This document shows positions 1-10,439 of a DNA stretch of 64,000 nt, piece by piece; positions within the stretch are counted from its first letter, which is position 1; each line of letters opens with the position of its first letter. Under the pieces are notes generated by a model. It was not told where the DNA came from and made no database searches. It saw nothing but the letters and a program-made list of their open reading frames with translations. A program made the position numbers and the translations under genes. The DNA comes from Deltaproteobacteria bacterium. Its GTDB lineage: Bacteria > Myxococcota > JACRCW01. The DNA lies in assembly GCA_016218805.1 (NCBI GenBank), contig JACRCW010000128.1, positions 1 to 64,000 on the forward strand. Reading direction: 5' to 3'.

Positions 1-1
1 C

Positions 2-2416
2 GCGCCCGCCACGGCTCCCGCCGAGGTGCATGCCGCCGCCGCGCCCGGCCCGGCTGCCCCGGCGGTCCCCCAGGCCGCCCCGGCGCCCGCTGCGTCCGCG
101 CCCGCCGCCACCGCGGCCCCCGGCGCGCCCCCAGTTCCCCCCGCCGCCCCGGCAACCGCCGCCATCCGTCCGTCTGAGGACGGCGTCAGCCGAGTGGTCC
201 GCGTCATTGACGCAGCCGCCATCCGCGCCCGCCTGCAGGCCGAGGGCCGCGACCTCACCAACCGCCGTCCGTCACGCCCCGGCGCGCCCGGCCGGCCCGG
301 CAGCTTCCGCGAGATCCGCGTGGTCCCCGACCACCGCGGCGGCGGCGTGCAGATGGTGGACGTCACCCAGCGCAGCGGGTTTGGCGCGCCGGGCGGTGCC
401 CCCGCCCCGGGCATGGCGCCGGGTGCCCGTCCCGCCAAGCCGGGCGGTGGCGGCGGCCGCAAGGGCCGTGACGAGGGCGGCGGTGATGGCTTCCGCCGCA
501 GCGAGGTGGCCGAACGCGCCGGTGCGCGCGACCTGTGGGTCACCCCGGGCAAGAAGCGCAAGGCGGCCAAGCGCGGGCAGGAGACGCAGGTCACCACGCC
601 CGCCGCGCACAAGCGCGTCATTGACATCCAGGGCACCATCCAGGTGGGGGAATTGGCCCGCCAGATGTCCATCAAGGTGGGCGACATCATCCGCAAGCTG
701 ATGAGCATGGGGATGATGGTCACCATGAACCAGAACATTGACTTCGACACGGCGGCCATTGTGGCGCAGGAGTTTGAGTTTGAGGTCAAGAACGTGGAGT
801 TCCAGGAGGAAGACCTGCTGGCGGGTGAGACCCAGGAAGTGGGCACCCGGACCACCCGGCCTCCCGTGGTCACCGTCATGGGCCACGTGGACCATGGCAA
901 GACCAGCCTGCTGGACGCCATCCGCTCCGCCAACGTGGCGGCGGGTGAGGCCGGAGGCATCACGCAGCACATTGGCGCGTACAGCGTGGTGATTCCCAAG
1001 GGGCGCATCACGTTCCTGGACACGCCCGGTCACGAGGCGTTCACCGCCATGCGCGCGCGCGGCGCCAAGATGACGGACCTGGTGGTGCTGGTGGTTGCCG
1101 CGGATGACGGCGTCATGCCGCAGACCATTGAGGCGGCCAACCACGCCAAGGCCGCCAACGTGCCCATCGTTGTGGCGCTCAACAAGATTGACAAGGCGGA
1201 GGCCAACCCGGACCGCGTCAAGCAGCAGCTGGCGGAGCACGGCCTGGTCCCTGAGGACTGGGGCGGCACCACCATGTATTTCCCCGTCAGCGCCAAGAAG
1301 CGCACCGGCGTGGACGCGCTGCTGGACGGCCTGCTGCTGCAGGCCGAAGTGATGGAACTCAAGGCGGATGCTGACCGGCTGGCCAAGGGCGCCATTGTGG
1401 AGGCCCAGCTGGACAAGGGCCGCGGGCCGGTGGCCACCCTGCTGGTGCAGGAAGGCACGCTGCACACCGGGGACGCCATTGTCGCTGGTGAGTGCTACGG
1501 CCGCGTTCGCGCCATGTATGACGACCGCGGGAACACCGTGGAAGTGGCCACGCCCTCCACGCCGGTCATGGTGCTGGGCCTGGATGGCGTGCCCAACGCG
1601 GGTGACCACATGGATGCCGTGGCGGACGCGGACACGGCCAAGACCGTGGCCACCCACCGCCGCATGAAGCGGCGCGAGAAGGAGCTGGCGCAGGACAACC
1701 GGGTCACGCTGGAGAACTTCCTGGACAAGACCCGGAAGGACCAGGCCAAGGAGCTCAAGCTTGTTGTCAAGGCGGACGTGCAGGGCAGCGTGGAGGCCGT
1801 CAGCGCCGCGCTGGAGCGGCTGTCCAACAACCAGGTGAAGGTGGCCATTGTCCATTCGGGCGTGGGCGCCGTCACCGAGTCAGACGTCAACCTGTCCGCC
1901 GCCTCCGGCGCGGTGATCATTGGCTTTGGCGTGCGCCCGGATCCCAAGGCGCAGGCCCACGCTGAGCAGCACCACGTGGAAATCCGCACCTACAACATCA
2001 TCTACGAGGCCGCCGCCGAGGTTCGCGCCGCCATGGAGGGCCTGCTGGCCCCCACGCTGCGTGAGAAGTACCTGGGCCGGGCCGAGGTGCGGCAGGTGTT
2101 CCAGGTGGCCAAGGTGGGCCAGATTGCCGGCTGTCAGATTGTGGACGGGAAGATCAACCGCCAGGCCAAGCTGCGGCTGCTGCGGGACCAGAAGCACGTG
2201 TTTGAGGGCAAGGTGGGCTCGCTCCGCCGCTTCAAGGATGACGTGAAGGAGGTCCTGCAGGGGTTTGAGTGCGGCCTGTCCATTGAAGGCTACGGCGACA
2301 TCAAGGTGGGCGATGTCATTGAGGCGTTTGAGGTGGAGGTCATCCGCTCCAAGCTGGAGGGCGTCCCGGACCCGGCTGCGGCCTACCGCACCGCACCGGC
2401 AGAAGCCCGTCCCTGA
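2..2416 (+). CDS. infB: Translation initiation factor IF-2 (5' end lies outside the window)
   Basis: G-domain motifs [32 protein letters not shown]-terminal [12 protein letters not shown]...ECG; Pro/Ala-rich N-terminal linker; frame is open to the window edge. Confidence 0.98.
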   Translation, partial: APATAPAEVHAAAAPGPAAPAVPQAAPAPAASAPAATAAPGAPPVPPAAPATAAIRPSEDGVSRVVRVIDAAAIRARLQAEGRDLTNRRPSRPGAPGRPGSFREIRVVPDHRGGGVQMVDVTQRSGFGAPGGAPAPGMAPGARPAKPGGGGGRKGRDEGGGDGFRRSEVAERAGARDLWVTPGKKRKAAKRGQETQVTTPAAHKRVIDIQGTIQVGELARQMSIKVGDIIRKLMSMGMMVTMNQNIDFDTAAIVAQEFEFEVKNVEFQEEDLLAGETQEVGTRTTRPPVVTVMGHVDHGKTSLLDAIRSANVAAGEAGGITQHIGAYSVVIPKGRITFLDTPGHEAFTAMRARGAKMTDLVVLVVAADDGVMPQTIEAANHAKAANVPIVVALNKIDKAEANPDRVKQQLAEHGLVPEDWGGTTMYFPVSAKKRTGVDALLDGLLLQAEVMELKADADRLAKGAIVEAQLDKGRGPVATLLVQEGTLHTGDAIVAGECYGRVRAMYDDRGNTVEVATPSTPVMVLGLDGVPNAGDHMDAVADADTAKTVATHRRMKRREKELAQDNRVTLENFLDKTRKDQAKELKLVVKADVQGSVEAVSAALERLSNNQVKVAIVHSGVGAVTESDVNLSAASGAVIIGFGVRPDPKAQAHAEQHHVEIRTYNIIYEAAAEVRAAMEGLLAPTLREKYLGRAEVRQVFQVAKVGQIAGCQIVDGKINRQAKLRLLRDQKHVFEGKVGSLRRFKDDVKEVLQGFECGLSIEGYGDIKVGDVIEAFEVEVIRSKLEGVPDPAAAYRTAPAEARP

Positions 2417-2491
2417 TCACGCGGGGCTCACCCTCCCGCCCCTCCACGGCGCCGTCCCACCAGGGACCGCGCGGCGTGGCCACGTGCCGCC

Positions 2492-2776
2492 ATGGTCGTT
2501 GGTGTTCTTGAACTTACGCTCACCTTCTACGCCGAGTCGTTGAAGGACAAGCGCAGCGTCGTCAAGCGGGTCATCCACCGCGCGCAGGAGAAGTTCAACG
2601 TGGCCGCTGCCGAAGTGGACGAGAACGACACGCTCAACACCGCAGTGCTGGGCTTTGTCACCGTGGGCAACGACGCGCGCTTCATTGGCAGCGTGCTGGA
2701 CAAGGTGGTGAACTTTGTTGAGCGGTTGGAAATAGCGGAAATTGTTGATCAATCATCCAGGGTGGACCACTGGTAG
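2492..2776 (+). CDS. DUF503 (YlxP-like) protein
   Basis: 94 aa; SLKDKRSVVK...KFNVAAAEV pattern; usual position between infB and rbfA. Confidence 0.9.
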   Translation: MVVGVLELTLTFYAESLKDKRSVVKRVIHRAQEKFNVAAAEVDENDTLNTAVLGFVTVGNDARFIGSVLDKVVNFVERLEIAEIVDQSSRVDHW

Positions 2777-2827
2777 CCGCGGGGTTTCCCCGGCGGTATG
2801 GCTCGGGGATCCACGGAGGGAGCTGTC

Positions 2828-3253
2828 ATGCAGGGCAACCGTCACATCCGCGTGGGCGAGGCCATCCGCGAGGTGCTGGCGGAGGCGCTGATGCGCGGCA
2901 CGCTGCGCACGCGGGAACCGCTGGCCTTCACCACCGTGACCGGCGTGGAGGTCACCAAGGACCTGCGCGAGGCCAAGGTGTTTGTCAGCGTCTACGGCAC
3001 GGACGCGCAACGGAAGACCACCATGGAGGCGCTCACCAAGGCCCAGGGCTTCCTGCGCGGCGAGGTGGGGCGCGCGCTGCGGACCAAGCACACGCCGTCC
3101 CTGGCGTTTGTGCATGACGCCAGCGTGGAGCGCGGGGCGCGCGTGGGGGCGGCCATCCGCGAGGCGCGCGCGCGTGACGACGAGTTGGCGCGGGAGCGCG
3201 GGGATGCGCCCGCCGCGGCGCCGCCGGCCAAGACGGAGGGGGAACATGGATAG
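2828..3253 (+). CDS. rbfA: 30S ribosome-binding factor A
   Basis: RVGEAIRE...TVTGVEVTKDLREAKVFVS...AQGFLRGEVG...PSLAFVHD; operon context; ATG at 2828 follows GGAGGGAG (ORF track starts at 2798). Confidence 0.95.
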   Translation: MQGNRHIRVGEAIREVLAEALMRGTLRTREPLAFTTVTGVEVTKDLREAKVFVSVYGTDAQRKTTMEALTKAQGFLRGEVGRALRTKHTPSLAFVHDASVERGARVGAAIREARARDDELARERGDAPAAAPPAKTEGEHG

Positions 3254-4328
3254 GACCCTTGCGGTGGAGATGCGCACGCCGTCCAGCCCGTCCGGGCGGT
3301 CCGGGCACGGGCCAGTGACCAGCGGGGGGGACGCCATGCGCCAGGTAGCGGAGGCGCTGCGCCAGGCGCGGCGCGTGCTCATCACCGGCCACGCGGACCC
3401 GGATGGAGACGTGGCGGGCGCGGGCAGCGCGCTGGTGTGCGCGCTGCGGGCGCTTGGGAAAGAGCCGGTGCTGTTCAACCCGGACCCCTTCCCCGCCGGC
3501 TACAGCCACCTCCCCGGCGCGGACGCGCTGGTGCACCGCCTGCCGCCGGACGCGGCCTTTGACGCCACGGTGATTGTGGACGCCGCGCGGTTGGACCGCG
3601 TGGAGAGCTTCCTGCCGCGCCCCGCGTCGCTGCGCGGCACGGTGCTGTGGGTGGACCACCACGCGCGCAGCGGCCCATGCGGGGACATTGAGTGGATTGA
3701 TTCGGACGCCGCCGCCATGGGCGAGATGCTGTACGCGCTGTTCCGCCACATGGGCGTGACGGTGGACGCGCAGATCGGCATGGGCCTGTACGCCACGCTC
3801 ATCGCTGACACGGGCGGGTTCCGGTACGAGAGCACCACGCGCGCGGCGCTGCGGCTGGCCGCCGACTTGGTGGAACTGGGCGTGAAACCCTGGGAGGTGG
3901 CGCAGCAGGTGTATGAGCGGCAGCCGCTGGAGCGCGTGCGCCTGCTGGCGCGCGTGCTGGGCACGCTGCGCGTGGGGAAGAGCGGGCGGTTTGCGTGCGT
4001 GACCATGGCGCTCAGGGACCTGGCGGAGACCATGGCGTCCCCCTCCATGAGCGATGGGATGATCAACCACGCGCGCGGGATTGACGGCGTGGAGATGGCC
4101 GCGCAGCTGGACGAGATGGGCGGCGACCGCTGGCGCGTGACGCTGCGCAGCCGCGGCGGCGTGGAGGCGGGCGCGGTGGCGCGCATTGTCGGCGAGCGCG
4201 GCCACAAGTACGGCGCCACCTTCATGCTGCACGGCACGGAGGCGGAGATTGTGCGGCGGCTGGAGGATGCGGTGGACCAGGCCTGGCGCGGTGACGTCCC
4301 GCCGCCACCGGCTGACCGCGGCATGTGA
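3246..4328 (+). CDS. nrnA: DHH/DHHA1 phosphoesterase (NrnA-like nanoRNase/pAp phosphatase)
   Basis: GHADPDGD, IVDA, VDHH and DTGGFRY motifs; lies between rbfA and truB; start uncertain (3246, 3270 or 3336). Confidence 0.85.
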   Translation: MDRTLAVEMRTPSSPSGRSGHGPVTSGGDAMRQVAEALRQARRVLITGHADPDGDVAGAGSALVCALRALGKEPVLFNPDPFPAGYSHLPGADALVHRLPPDAAFDATVIVDAARLDRVESFLPRPASLRGTVLWVDHHARSGPCGDIEWIDSDAAAMGEMLYALFRHMGVTVDAQIGMGLYATLIADTGGFRYESTTRAALRLAADLVELGVKPWEVAQQVYERQPLERVRLLARVLGTLRVGKSGRFACVTMALRDLAETMASPSMSDGMINHARGIDGVEMAAQLDEMGGDRWRVTLRSRGGVEAGAVARIVGERGHKYGATFMLHGTEAEIVRRLEDAVDQAWRGDVPPPPADRGM

Positions 4329-5263
4329 TGGCACTGCTGGAGCAGGGCGGTTTCCTCGTCGTGGACAAGCCGGCGGGGAAGACGAGCCACGACATTGTGG
4401 GGATGGCCCGCCGCGCGCTGCACACGCGCGAGGTGGGGCACACCGGGACGCTGGACCCGTTTGCCACCGGCCTGCTGGTGCTGCTCACCGGCGCGCTCAC
4501 GCGCGCGGCGGACCTGGTGGGGCAGGGCCGCAAGCGCTACGCGGCCACCGCGCGGCTGGGTGTGGAGACCACCACGGATGACCTCACCGGGGAGCCGGTG
4601 GTCAGCCGCCCCGTCCACGTGACGGACGCCGCGCTGGCGGCGGCGCTGGGGGGGCTGACCGGGTCGCTGCGCCAGGTGCCGCCGGCCTTCAGCGCCAAAC
4701 ACGTGGACGGCGAACGCGCGCATGAGCGTGCGCGGCGCGGGGAAGCCGTGGAGCTGCGCGCCAACGACGTGACGGTGTACGCCATCACGCTCACGGCCCG
4801 GCGGGGGGACGAGCTGGACTTGACGGTGGAATGCAGCCGCGGGACGTACATCCGGTCACTGGCGCGGGACCTGGGGCGGGCCCTGGGCTGCGGCGCGCAC
4901 CTTGCCGCGCTGCGGCGCACCCAGGTGGGGCCGTTCTCCGTGGACAACGCGGTGGCGGCGGACGCGCTGTCAGAGGGGGCGCTGCACCCGGCGCCCGAGC
5001 TGGGCGCGCTGCTGCCGACGGTGGAGATTGATGAGCCGGGTGCCACCGAGCTGTGGCAGGGCAAGGCGCTGCGGGTGTGTGTGGTGGGCGGGATGGCGTG
5101 GGGCGCGGGGGAGGGCGGGCTCATCCGGCGCGGCGAGGCGCTGGTGGCGCTGGCCACCGCGCGCTGCGCGCTGGTGCCGGGCCAGGCCGCGGGCGCGCGG
5201 GAGCTGGAGGTGGGGCGGCGGTTCCCGGCGCCGCCCAGTCAGGCCTCGTCGGCCGGGAACTGA
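4328..5263 (+). CDS. truB: tRNA pseudouridine(55) synthase
   Basis: VDKPAGKTSHD, VGHTGTLDPFATG, QVPPAFSAKHVDG, CSRGTYIRSLARDLG; TGATG coupling to the upstream gene. Confidence 0.97.
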   Translation: MALLEQGGFLVVDKPAGKTSHDIVGMARRALHTREVGHTGTLDPFATGLLVLLTGALTRAADLVGQGRKRYAATARLGVETTTDDLTGEPVVSRPVHVTDAALAAALGGLTGSLRQVPPAFSAKHVDGERAHERARRGEAVELRANDVTVYAITLTARRGDELDLTVECSRGTYIRSLARDLGRALGCGAHLAALRRTQVGPFSVDNAVAADALSEGALHPAPELGALLPTVEIDEPGATELWQGKALRVCVVGGMAWGAGEGGLIRRGEALVALATARCALVPGQAAGARELEVGRRFPAPPSQASSAGN

Positions 5264-7776
5264 CGGGCCGTCTCCAGCGCGCGCGCGGCCGCCTCCTGCC
5301 TGGAGCACCCCCCGGCCAGCGCGTGCTCCCACGCCGCCCGGACCGCCGCCTCCGCGCCCGCCTGGGCCACCTTGACCGGGGCGGCGGGGCGGAGCGGATT
5401 GAGCACCTCGGAGCCAAACGAATAGCAGGAGGGCGGCTCCCCGCTCTCGTCCCGCTGCGCGTGCCGCTCCACGGCCAGCGCGGTGACTTCGTCCAGCTCA
5501 CGGAGTGCCGCCGCCAGCGCCTCCGGCGCGGTGGGGTCCGGTGCGGCCAGGAGCGTCACGCGGACGTGGTGCAGGCACGCAAGGCGGCAGTTGTTGTCCA
5601 GTGGCGCTGCCGCGGCCGCGGCGGCCAGCACGCCCACCGGTCCGGCCAGGGCGCGAATCTGCTCCGGCGGCCGGTGCCCGCCGCCATAGCTCTCCGCGTG
5701 GTCAAGCAGACCGGACAGAACGTCCTCCTGCTCCTCGGCCGGCAGGTGCCTCAGGGCCTCCCGCAGGTCCTTGGCCAGGTCCACCATCTCCGCCGTCACT
5801 TCATCCACCACCTTGCGGCACCACCCGTCCACCTCCGCCAGTTCCGGCTGCGCCTCCCGTGCCCGCCGGTGGGCCCCCTGGCTGATGGCCGCGGCCAGGG
5901 CATGCGGGAACTGGCCGTAGATGCCGGCAAGCTGCTTGCTGAGCGCCGCCTGGGTCACGCGGACGCAGTGGCGGTGGGGCTCGTGCCGGGCCAGCCACCG
6001 CAGCGCTGCCGCCTTGTTGCCCCGCAGGCGGCCGCCCAGGTGCAGTTGTTTGCCCGCGGCAACCTGGGCAGCCAATGGCGCAAGCACCGCCCGCACCGCT
6101 TCGTCACTGGGCGCCAGGCCTTCCGCATCCGCCCACGGGCGCAGCCGGTATCCCACGCGCGCGCCCCGGACGGCCTCCAGCTCCGTGCGGCCCAGCGCGT
6201 ACGTGGGCACGCCGCGGGCCCCGTGGTCCAACGCGTCAAGCTCATTGCAGACCGCCTCCCATATCGGCCGGACCCGCAGGCCCAAGGTGTCGCCCAATGC
6301 GATGGCGCGGTCCCGGAAGGCCTCCGCGGGTGGGAACCCGGGCGGCGCCAGGATGTACAGCCACACCGTGTTTGCCAGGACAGACAGGCTGTCCTCCGCC
6401 GGCACAAACCGCGGCGTGGCCAGCTCCGCCGCCGGGTCCCGCGCGGCGTCCTCCCAGCGGCGTGCCCAGGCCTCCAGCGCGCCGGTGTGCCGCAGCGCGC
6501 CCCGGATGAGCGCCGTGAGGCGGTCGCCGTTGTTGCGTGCCGCCACGCCGGCCTTGCGCGCCAGCGCGCCCAGCGCCGGCACCAGCCCGTCCAGGAACGG
6601 CGCGGCCAGCCAGGTGGCGTCCACCTCACACGCCCGGCCGTCCCATTGGACGGAGTTCATGCCCTCCGGCACGTCCCGCACCTTGAAGCTCTTGTAGGGC
6701 GGCGGCGCGCCGCCCAGCGCCGTGTACACGTCGGCAACCACGTGCATGCGGGCCTGCTCCACCGGCGTGCCCTCCCGGGCCTGCTCCAGGCGGCCAAACC
6801 GCGCGTCCACCGTGGGCATGCCCACCGCCGCCAGCGTCACCGCTCCCAGGTGGAAGCCGCGGTTCTCCGCGTGGGTGTTGAGCCGGAAGTGCTTCTGGCT
6901 GCGCGCCAGCCAGCGCCGCGAGAAGGTCAGCTGGATGCCCCGGCTGGCGGCCGCCCGCACCAGCACCGTCAGCACGCGCCCGCCGCTCTGCCAGTCCCGC
7001 CGCAGGCGCAGGCAAACGTCACGCAGGACGGCGTCCGGGAGCTGCCGCGCAATCTGGGCCACCATGGGCCCTGCCGCCCGCAGGTCCCGCCGGTCGCGGT
7101 GGCCCTCCAGCACGTCTAACCGCGTCTCAAGCGAAAAGGTCAGCGCGCCGCCGCGCCGGAACGCCAGCGTCCCGCGGTGCTGCCGGCGGTAGAACAGGTC
7201 GCCCCGGTGGCTGTCCGGGGATTCGTAGACGCCCACGCCGGCCTCGCGGTCCACGTGGATGGGCTTGGCCAGCCGCGGGTTGTCCGCGTGGAGGAACAAC
7301 TCCTTGCCCGTGGCAAAGGCGTTGCGCAGCGCGCGTGACGCACCCTGGATGCGGACAAAACTGCCGGCGGCCTGGGCGGGGAGGTCCGTGACCCGGTAGC
7401 AGAGTTCCCGCCCCAGCTTCATGGGCACCAGCTCCGGGCGAATCACCCAGTTTCCCGCGCCCGCCTCCAGCGTCACGCCAAAGTCCCGCAGCAGCACCAG
7501 CGCGCAGATCTTGAACCCCTCGCCAAAGCCGCCGGCGCTGCGGCGCTCCGGCGCGTCCTTGGTGGTGGCGCCAATGTAGCGCAGGTAGTCCAGCTCAAAG
7601 ACCGACGGCCCGCGCACCGTGATGGTCCCGCCGCGCACCGTCACCTCCACGGCGCGGAAGTCCGCCACCTCGTCATAGAAGTTCTGGATGACATCCCGCG
7701 CCACCGTCTGCGCGTTCCAGCGCACCTGGTAGCCGTCCAGGAGGCTCAACCGCACCAGGCGTTCGGCGCCGCTCAC
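5239..7776 (-). CDS. Hypothetical protein with N-terminal divergent GHKL-type ATPase domain (paralog B; no HEXXH)
   Basis: RDVIQNFYD (N-box-like), IGATTK...AGGFGEGFKICAL (G2-like); collinear similarity to 7773..10331; GTG start overlaps that gene's stop (GTGA). Confidence 0.75.
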   Translation of the reverse strand: MSGAERLVRLSLLDGYQVRWNAQTVARDVIQNFYDEVADFRAVEVTVRGGTITVRGPSVFELDYLRYIGATTKDAPERRSAGGFGEGFKICALVLLRDFGVTLEAGAGNWVIRPELVPMKLGRELCYRVTDLPAQAAGSFVRIQGASRALRNAFATGKELFLHADNPRLAKPIHVDREAGVGVYESPDSHRGDLFYRRQHRGTLAFRRGGALTFSLETRLDVLEGHRDRRDLRAAGPMVAQIARQLPDAVLRDVCLRLRRDWQSGGRVLTVLVRAAASRGIQLTFSRRWLARSQKHFRLNTHAENRGFHLGAVTLAAVGMPTVDARFGRLEQAREGTPVEQARMHVVADVYTALGGAPPPYKSFKVRDVPEGMNSVQWDGRACEVDATWLAAPFLDGLVPALGALARKAGVAARNNGDRLTALIRGALRHTGALEAWARRWEDAARDPAAELATPRFVPAEDSLSVLANTVWLYILAPPGFPPAEAFRDRAIALGDTLGLRVRPIWEAVCNELDALDHGARGVPTYALGRTELEAVRGARVGYRLRPWADAEGLAPSDEAVRAVLAPLAAQVAAGKQLHLGGRLRGNKAAALRWLARHEPHRHCVRVTQAALSKQLAGIYGQFPHALAAAISQGAHRRAREAQPELAEVDGWCRKVVDEVTAEMVDLAKDLREALRHLPAEEQEDVLSGLLDHAESYGGGHRPPEQIRALAGPVGVLAAAAAAAPLDNNCRLACLHHVRVTLLAAPDPTAPEALAAALRELDEVTALAVERHAQRDESGEPPSCYSFGSEVLNPLRPAAPVKVAQAGAEAAVRAAWEHALAGGCSRQEAAARALETARQFPADEA

Positions 7777-10331
7777 GGTTCCTCCACCCGCATCACCGCA
7801 AACGCGCGGCGCGCGGCCTCCAGTTCACCCAGGCCCTCCGCCAGCGCCGCCGCATGGGCGTCCCGGGCCCGGTGCGTGCGCGCAATGGCCCCCAGGTCCG
7901 GCGGCCGGGAGGTGTGCGGCGTGCCCGGCGGCTCCAGGCTCCGCTTGAAGTCATACGCATCCAGCATGTGGCTCAACCGGCCTTCTTCCTCCAGGCGCCG
8001 CTGCCAGGCCAGCGCCGCCGCGCACGCCCGTTCCGCCTCCGCCGCCAGCTTCTGCAGGTCCAGCGGCACGTGCGGCTCAGGACCCGCCAGCCCGGATGCC
8101 TCCAGCGCGTGCTCCAAGGTGGCCTCCTTGAGCGCCACGCACACCGGCAGGTCCAGCAGCCGCTCCGTCAGCGCCCGCACCGCCGCAAACTGCTCCACCA
8201 TCCGCTCCGGCCGCGTCACGGCCGCGCACACCGCCACGCCCTGCGCCGCTGCCATCGCGTTGCGCTCAAACCGGTCCGCGTCATCAAAGATCTCATCCGC
8301 CCCGCGCAGGCCGCGCGCCAGCGCCAGCGCCCGCTCCATGATCGTCTGGATGTCGGCGTAGACCTCCGCGGCGGGGCGCTCGTCCTCAAGGCGCTGTTCC
8401 ACCAGGTGGTCCGCCGCCGCCAGCAGCGCGGTGCCCCACGCTCCCTGCAGGCCCCAGCCGCCAGACCGGTAGTCGTGGGCCAGTGCCCGCAACGCCTTGC
8501 GCCGCACATCGTGCACGTCCGTCGGCTGCTCGGGCGGCGCCACGCCCAGCGCCCGCGCCCGCTCGCGGATGGCGTCGCCCATCCGCTCCAGACCCCGGTA
8601 GCCCGTCAGCCCCGCGGCTTGGCCGGCCTTCAGCGCGGCCGCCCAGCCCTCCACGTCCACCACCAGCCCGGCCGCGTCCACCTGCGCGCTGAACGGCGGA
8701 ACCACATCCGAAAAATCCGTGGTGCCAATGCGCACCCGCGGCAGGCCGGTGAGCAGGTTCCGGCGCGCGGCACTGTCCCGGTCCACCACCAGCCGGAACC
8801 CCATGAACACCGGGATACCCGCCCGCTCGCCGGCCGCGCGCAGACCCTCAAGGATTGCCGTCGTGGGCGGGAAGGCCGGCGGCACGTATACGGCGCACGC
8901 CACCCCGGCATCACGGTCCAGCAGGTCATCCCAGTCATTTTCCGGGGCATACGCCTTGGGCACCGGCGGCGGGGCGGGTGCGGCTTCCTCCTGGCCCGTC
9001 ACCGCCGCAAAACGCTCCCGCGCCGCCGTCACCGCCGCCGGATCCCGGAGAATGGAACCCAGCAGGCCGGTCAAGGCCGTCAGGAAACCATTGGATTCCT
9101 CGCCGCCGCGTTCATGCGCCAGCTCATGCAGGATGGTGGGCGCGCACGCGTCAAACCCCTGCGCAATCAGATCCTCAGCCACAATGACCCGCTTGCCCAG
9201 GTGCTGCCCCTTCACCGCCGCGCCCGCCAGCTTGAACACCTCGAATTCCTTTTCGCGCGGGGCGCTCTGCGTCAGCGTGCCGTGCAGCGCCACCACCGCC
9301 TGGAGGCGCCCGCGCTCCAGCGGCGTGGGCGCGCGCGTCTGCAGGTCCTCCGTGAAGTGCTCCGTGGCCTTCTTCATCCCCACCAGCGCAAAGTCCGCCC
9401 GCGCCAGCTGGAACCCCTGCCGCTCCGCCAGCGCGCCCAGGCCGCGGTCGTCGCGCTCGCGCGCCAGCCACCCCGCCGGCCAACTGAACGTGAGCTCCCG
9501 GTCCACCATGGCCTGCAGCAGTGCGGTGAGGACCTCATTGCCGTGCTTCCAGACGGGCATCATCTCCATCACGGTGTGCTGCAGCTGCGCGGGAGCCAGC
9601 GCCATTCCCACCGCGTGCACCAGCGGCGTGCACGGGATGTCCCGGCGGTCCCGGTCACCCTCCAGCGCGTCAATGACCCCGTCATGCACAAACGTCAGCC
9701 GGCCCAGGCCACGCGGCCCCCAGTAGGACACCCGGCCGCGCAGCTGGCGGCGGTAGAACAGCAGCCCGTCCTCCCCCGCGGCGGCGCGGAACACCGCGGC
9801 GGGCGCCGTGGCATCCCCGGTGAGGCAGCTGTGCAGGTGCGGGTTGTCCGGGTGGCGGAACAGGTGGCGCGCGCGGTCAAACAGCGCCAGCAGTTCGTCG
9901 TCACACCCGCGCAGCATCACGTGGCTGCCCGCGTGCGGTGGCGTGACGGGGACCACCCGGTAACAGAGCTCGCGGCCCAGCGGCACGGCGTCATACGTGA
10001 CGCTCAGTTCCGCGCCGCCGGACGCCGCGGACATCTCCAGCCCAAAGTCCCGCGTCCCCACCAGCGCGCAGATCTTGAAGCCCTCACCAAACCCCCCCGC
10101 GGTGGTTCCTTCACGCTTGGTGGTGGCGCCCACGTAAGCCAACAGGTCCAGGTCAAACACCGCCGGGCCGTGGATGGCCACCGTGCGCCCGCTGCGGTCC
10201 AGATCCATGCGCACGTCCCGGAAGTCCGGCGTCGCGTCATAGAAGTTCTGCACCAGGTCACGGACAAACGTCTCGCGTGACCAGCGCACGCCGTAGCTGT
10301 CCAGGATGGAGAGGCGCACCATGTTGGTCAT
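7773..10331 (-). CDS. Hypothetical protein with divergent GHKL-type ATPase domain and HEXXH zincin-like motif (paralog A)
   Basis: RDLVQNFYDA, VGATTK...AGGFGEGFKICAL; TILHELAHE encoded around 9111-9137; start 10331 or 10322. Confidence 0.75.
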   Translation of the reverse strand: MTNMVRLSILDSYGVRWSRETFVRDLVQNFYDATPDFRDVRMDLDRSGRTVAIHGPAVFDLDLLAYVGATTKREGTTAGGFGEGFKICALVGTRDFGLEMSAASGGAELSVTYDAVPLGRELCYRVVPVTPPHAGSHVMLRGCDDELLALFDRARHLFRHPDNPHLHSCLTGDATAPAAVFRAAAGEDGLLFYRRQLRGRVSYWGPRGLGRLTFVHDGVIDALEGDRDRRDIPCTPLVHAVGMALAPAQLQHTVMEMMPVWKHGNEVLTALLQAMVDRELTFSWPAGWLARERDDRGLGALAERQGFQLARADFALVGMKKATEHFTEDLQTRAPTPLERGRLQAVVALHGTLTQSAPREKEFEVFKLAGAAVKGQHLGKRVIVAEDLIAQGFDACAPTILHELAHERGGEESNGFLTALTGLLGSILRDPAAVTAARERFAAVTGQEEAAPAPPPVPKAYAPENDWDDLLDRDAGVACAVYVPPAFPPTTAILEGLRAAGERAGIPVFMGFRLVVDRDSAARRNLLTGLPRVRIGTTDFSDVVPPFSAQVDAAGLVVDVEGWAAALKAGQAAGLTGYRGLERMGDAIRERARALGVAPPEQPTDVHDVRRKALRALAHDYRSGGWGLQGAWGTALLAAADHLVEQRLEDERPAAEVYADIQTIMERALALARGLRGADEIFDDADRFERNAMAAAQGVAVCAAVTRPERMVEQFAAVRALTERLLDLPVCVALKEATLEHALEASGLAGPEPHVPLDLQKLAAEAERACAAALAWQRRLEEEGRLSHMLDAYDFKRSLEPPGTPHTSRPPDLGAIARTHRARDAHAAALAEGLGELEAARRAFAVMRVEEP

Positions 10332-10439
10332 GAGCGGGCCCGTGGAAGGGACCCGTTTCTGGATCGGCCCGGCCGGGCGCTGCAACCGCGGGAGTCGCTC
10401 AGCGGCCGGCCCAGGCCGCGTGGTCGCTACCCAACCCGC

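Noticed and set aside
4180..4225. Degenerate DHHA1 GGGH motif (GERGH) as a sign of pseudogenisation
   Set aside because: The ORF is intact with all DHH catalytic motifs and is coupled to truB; this is more likely natural divergence
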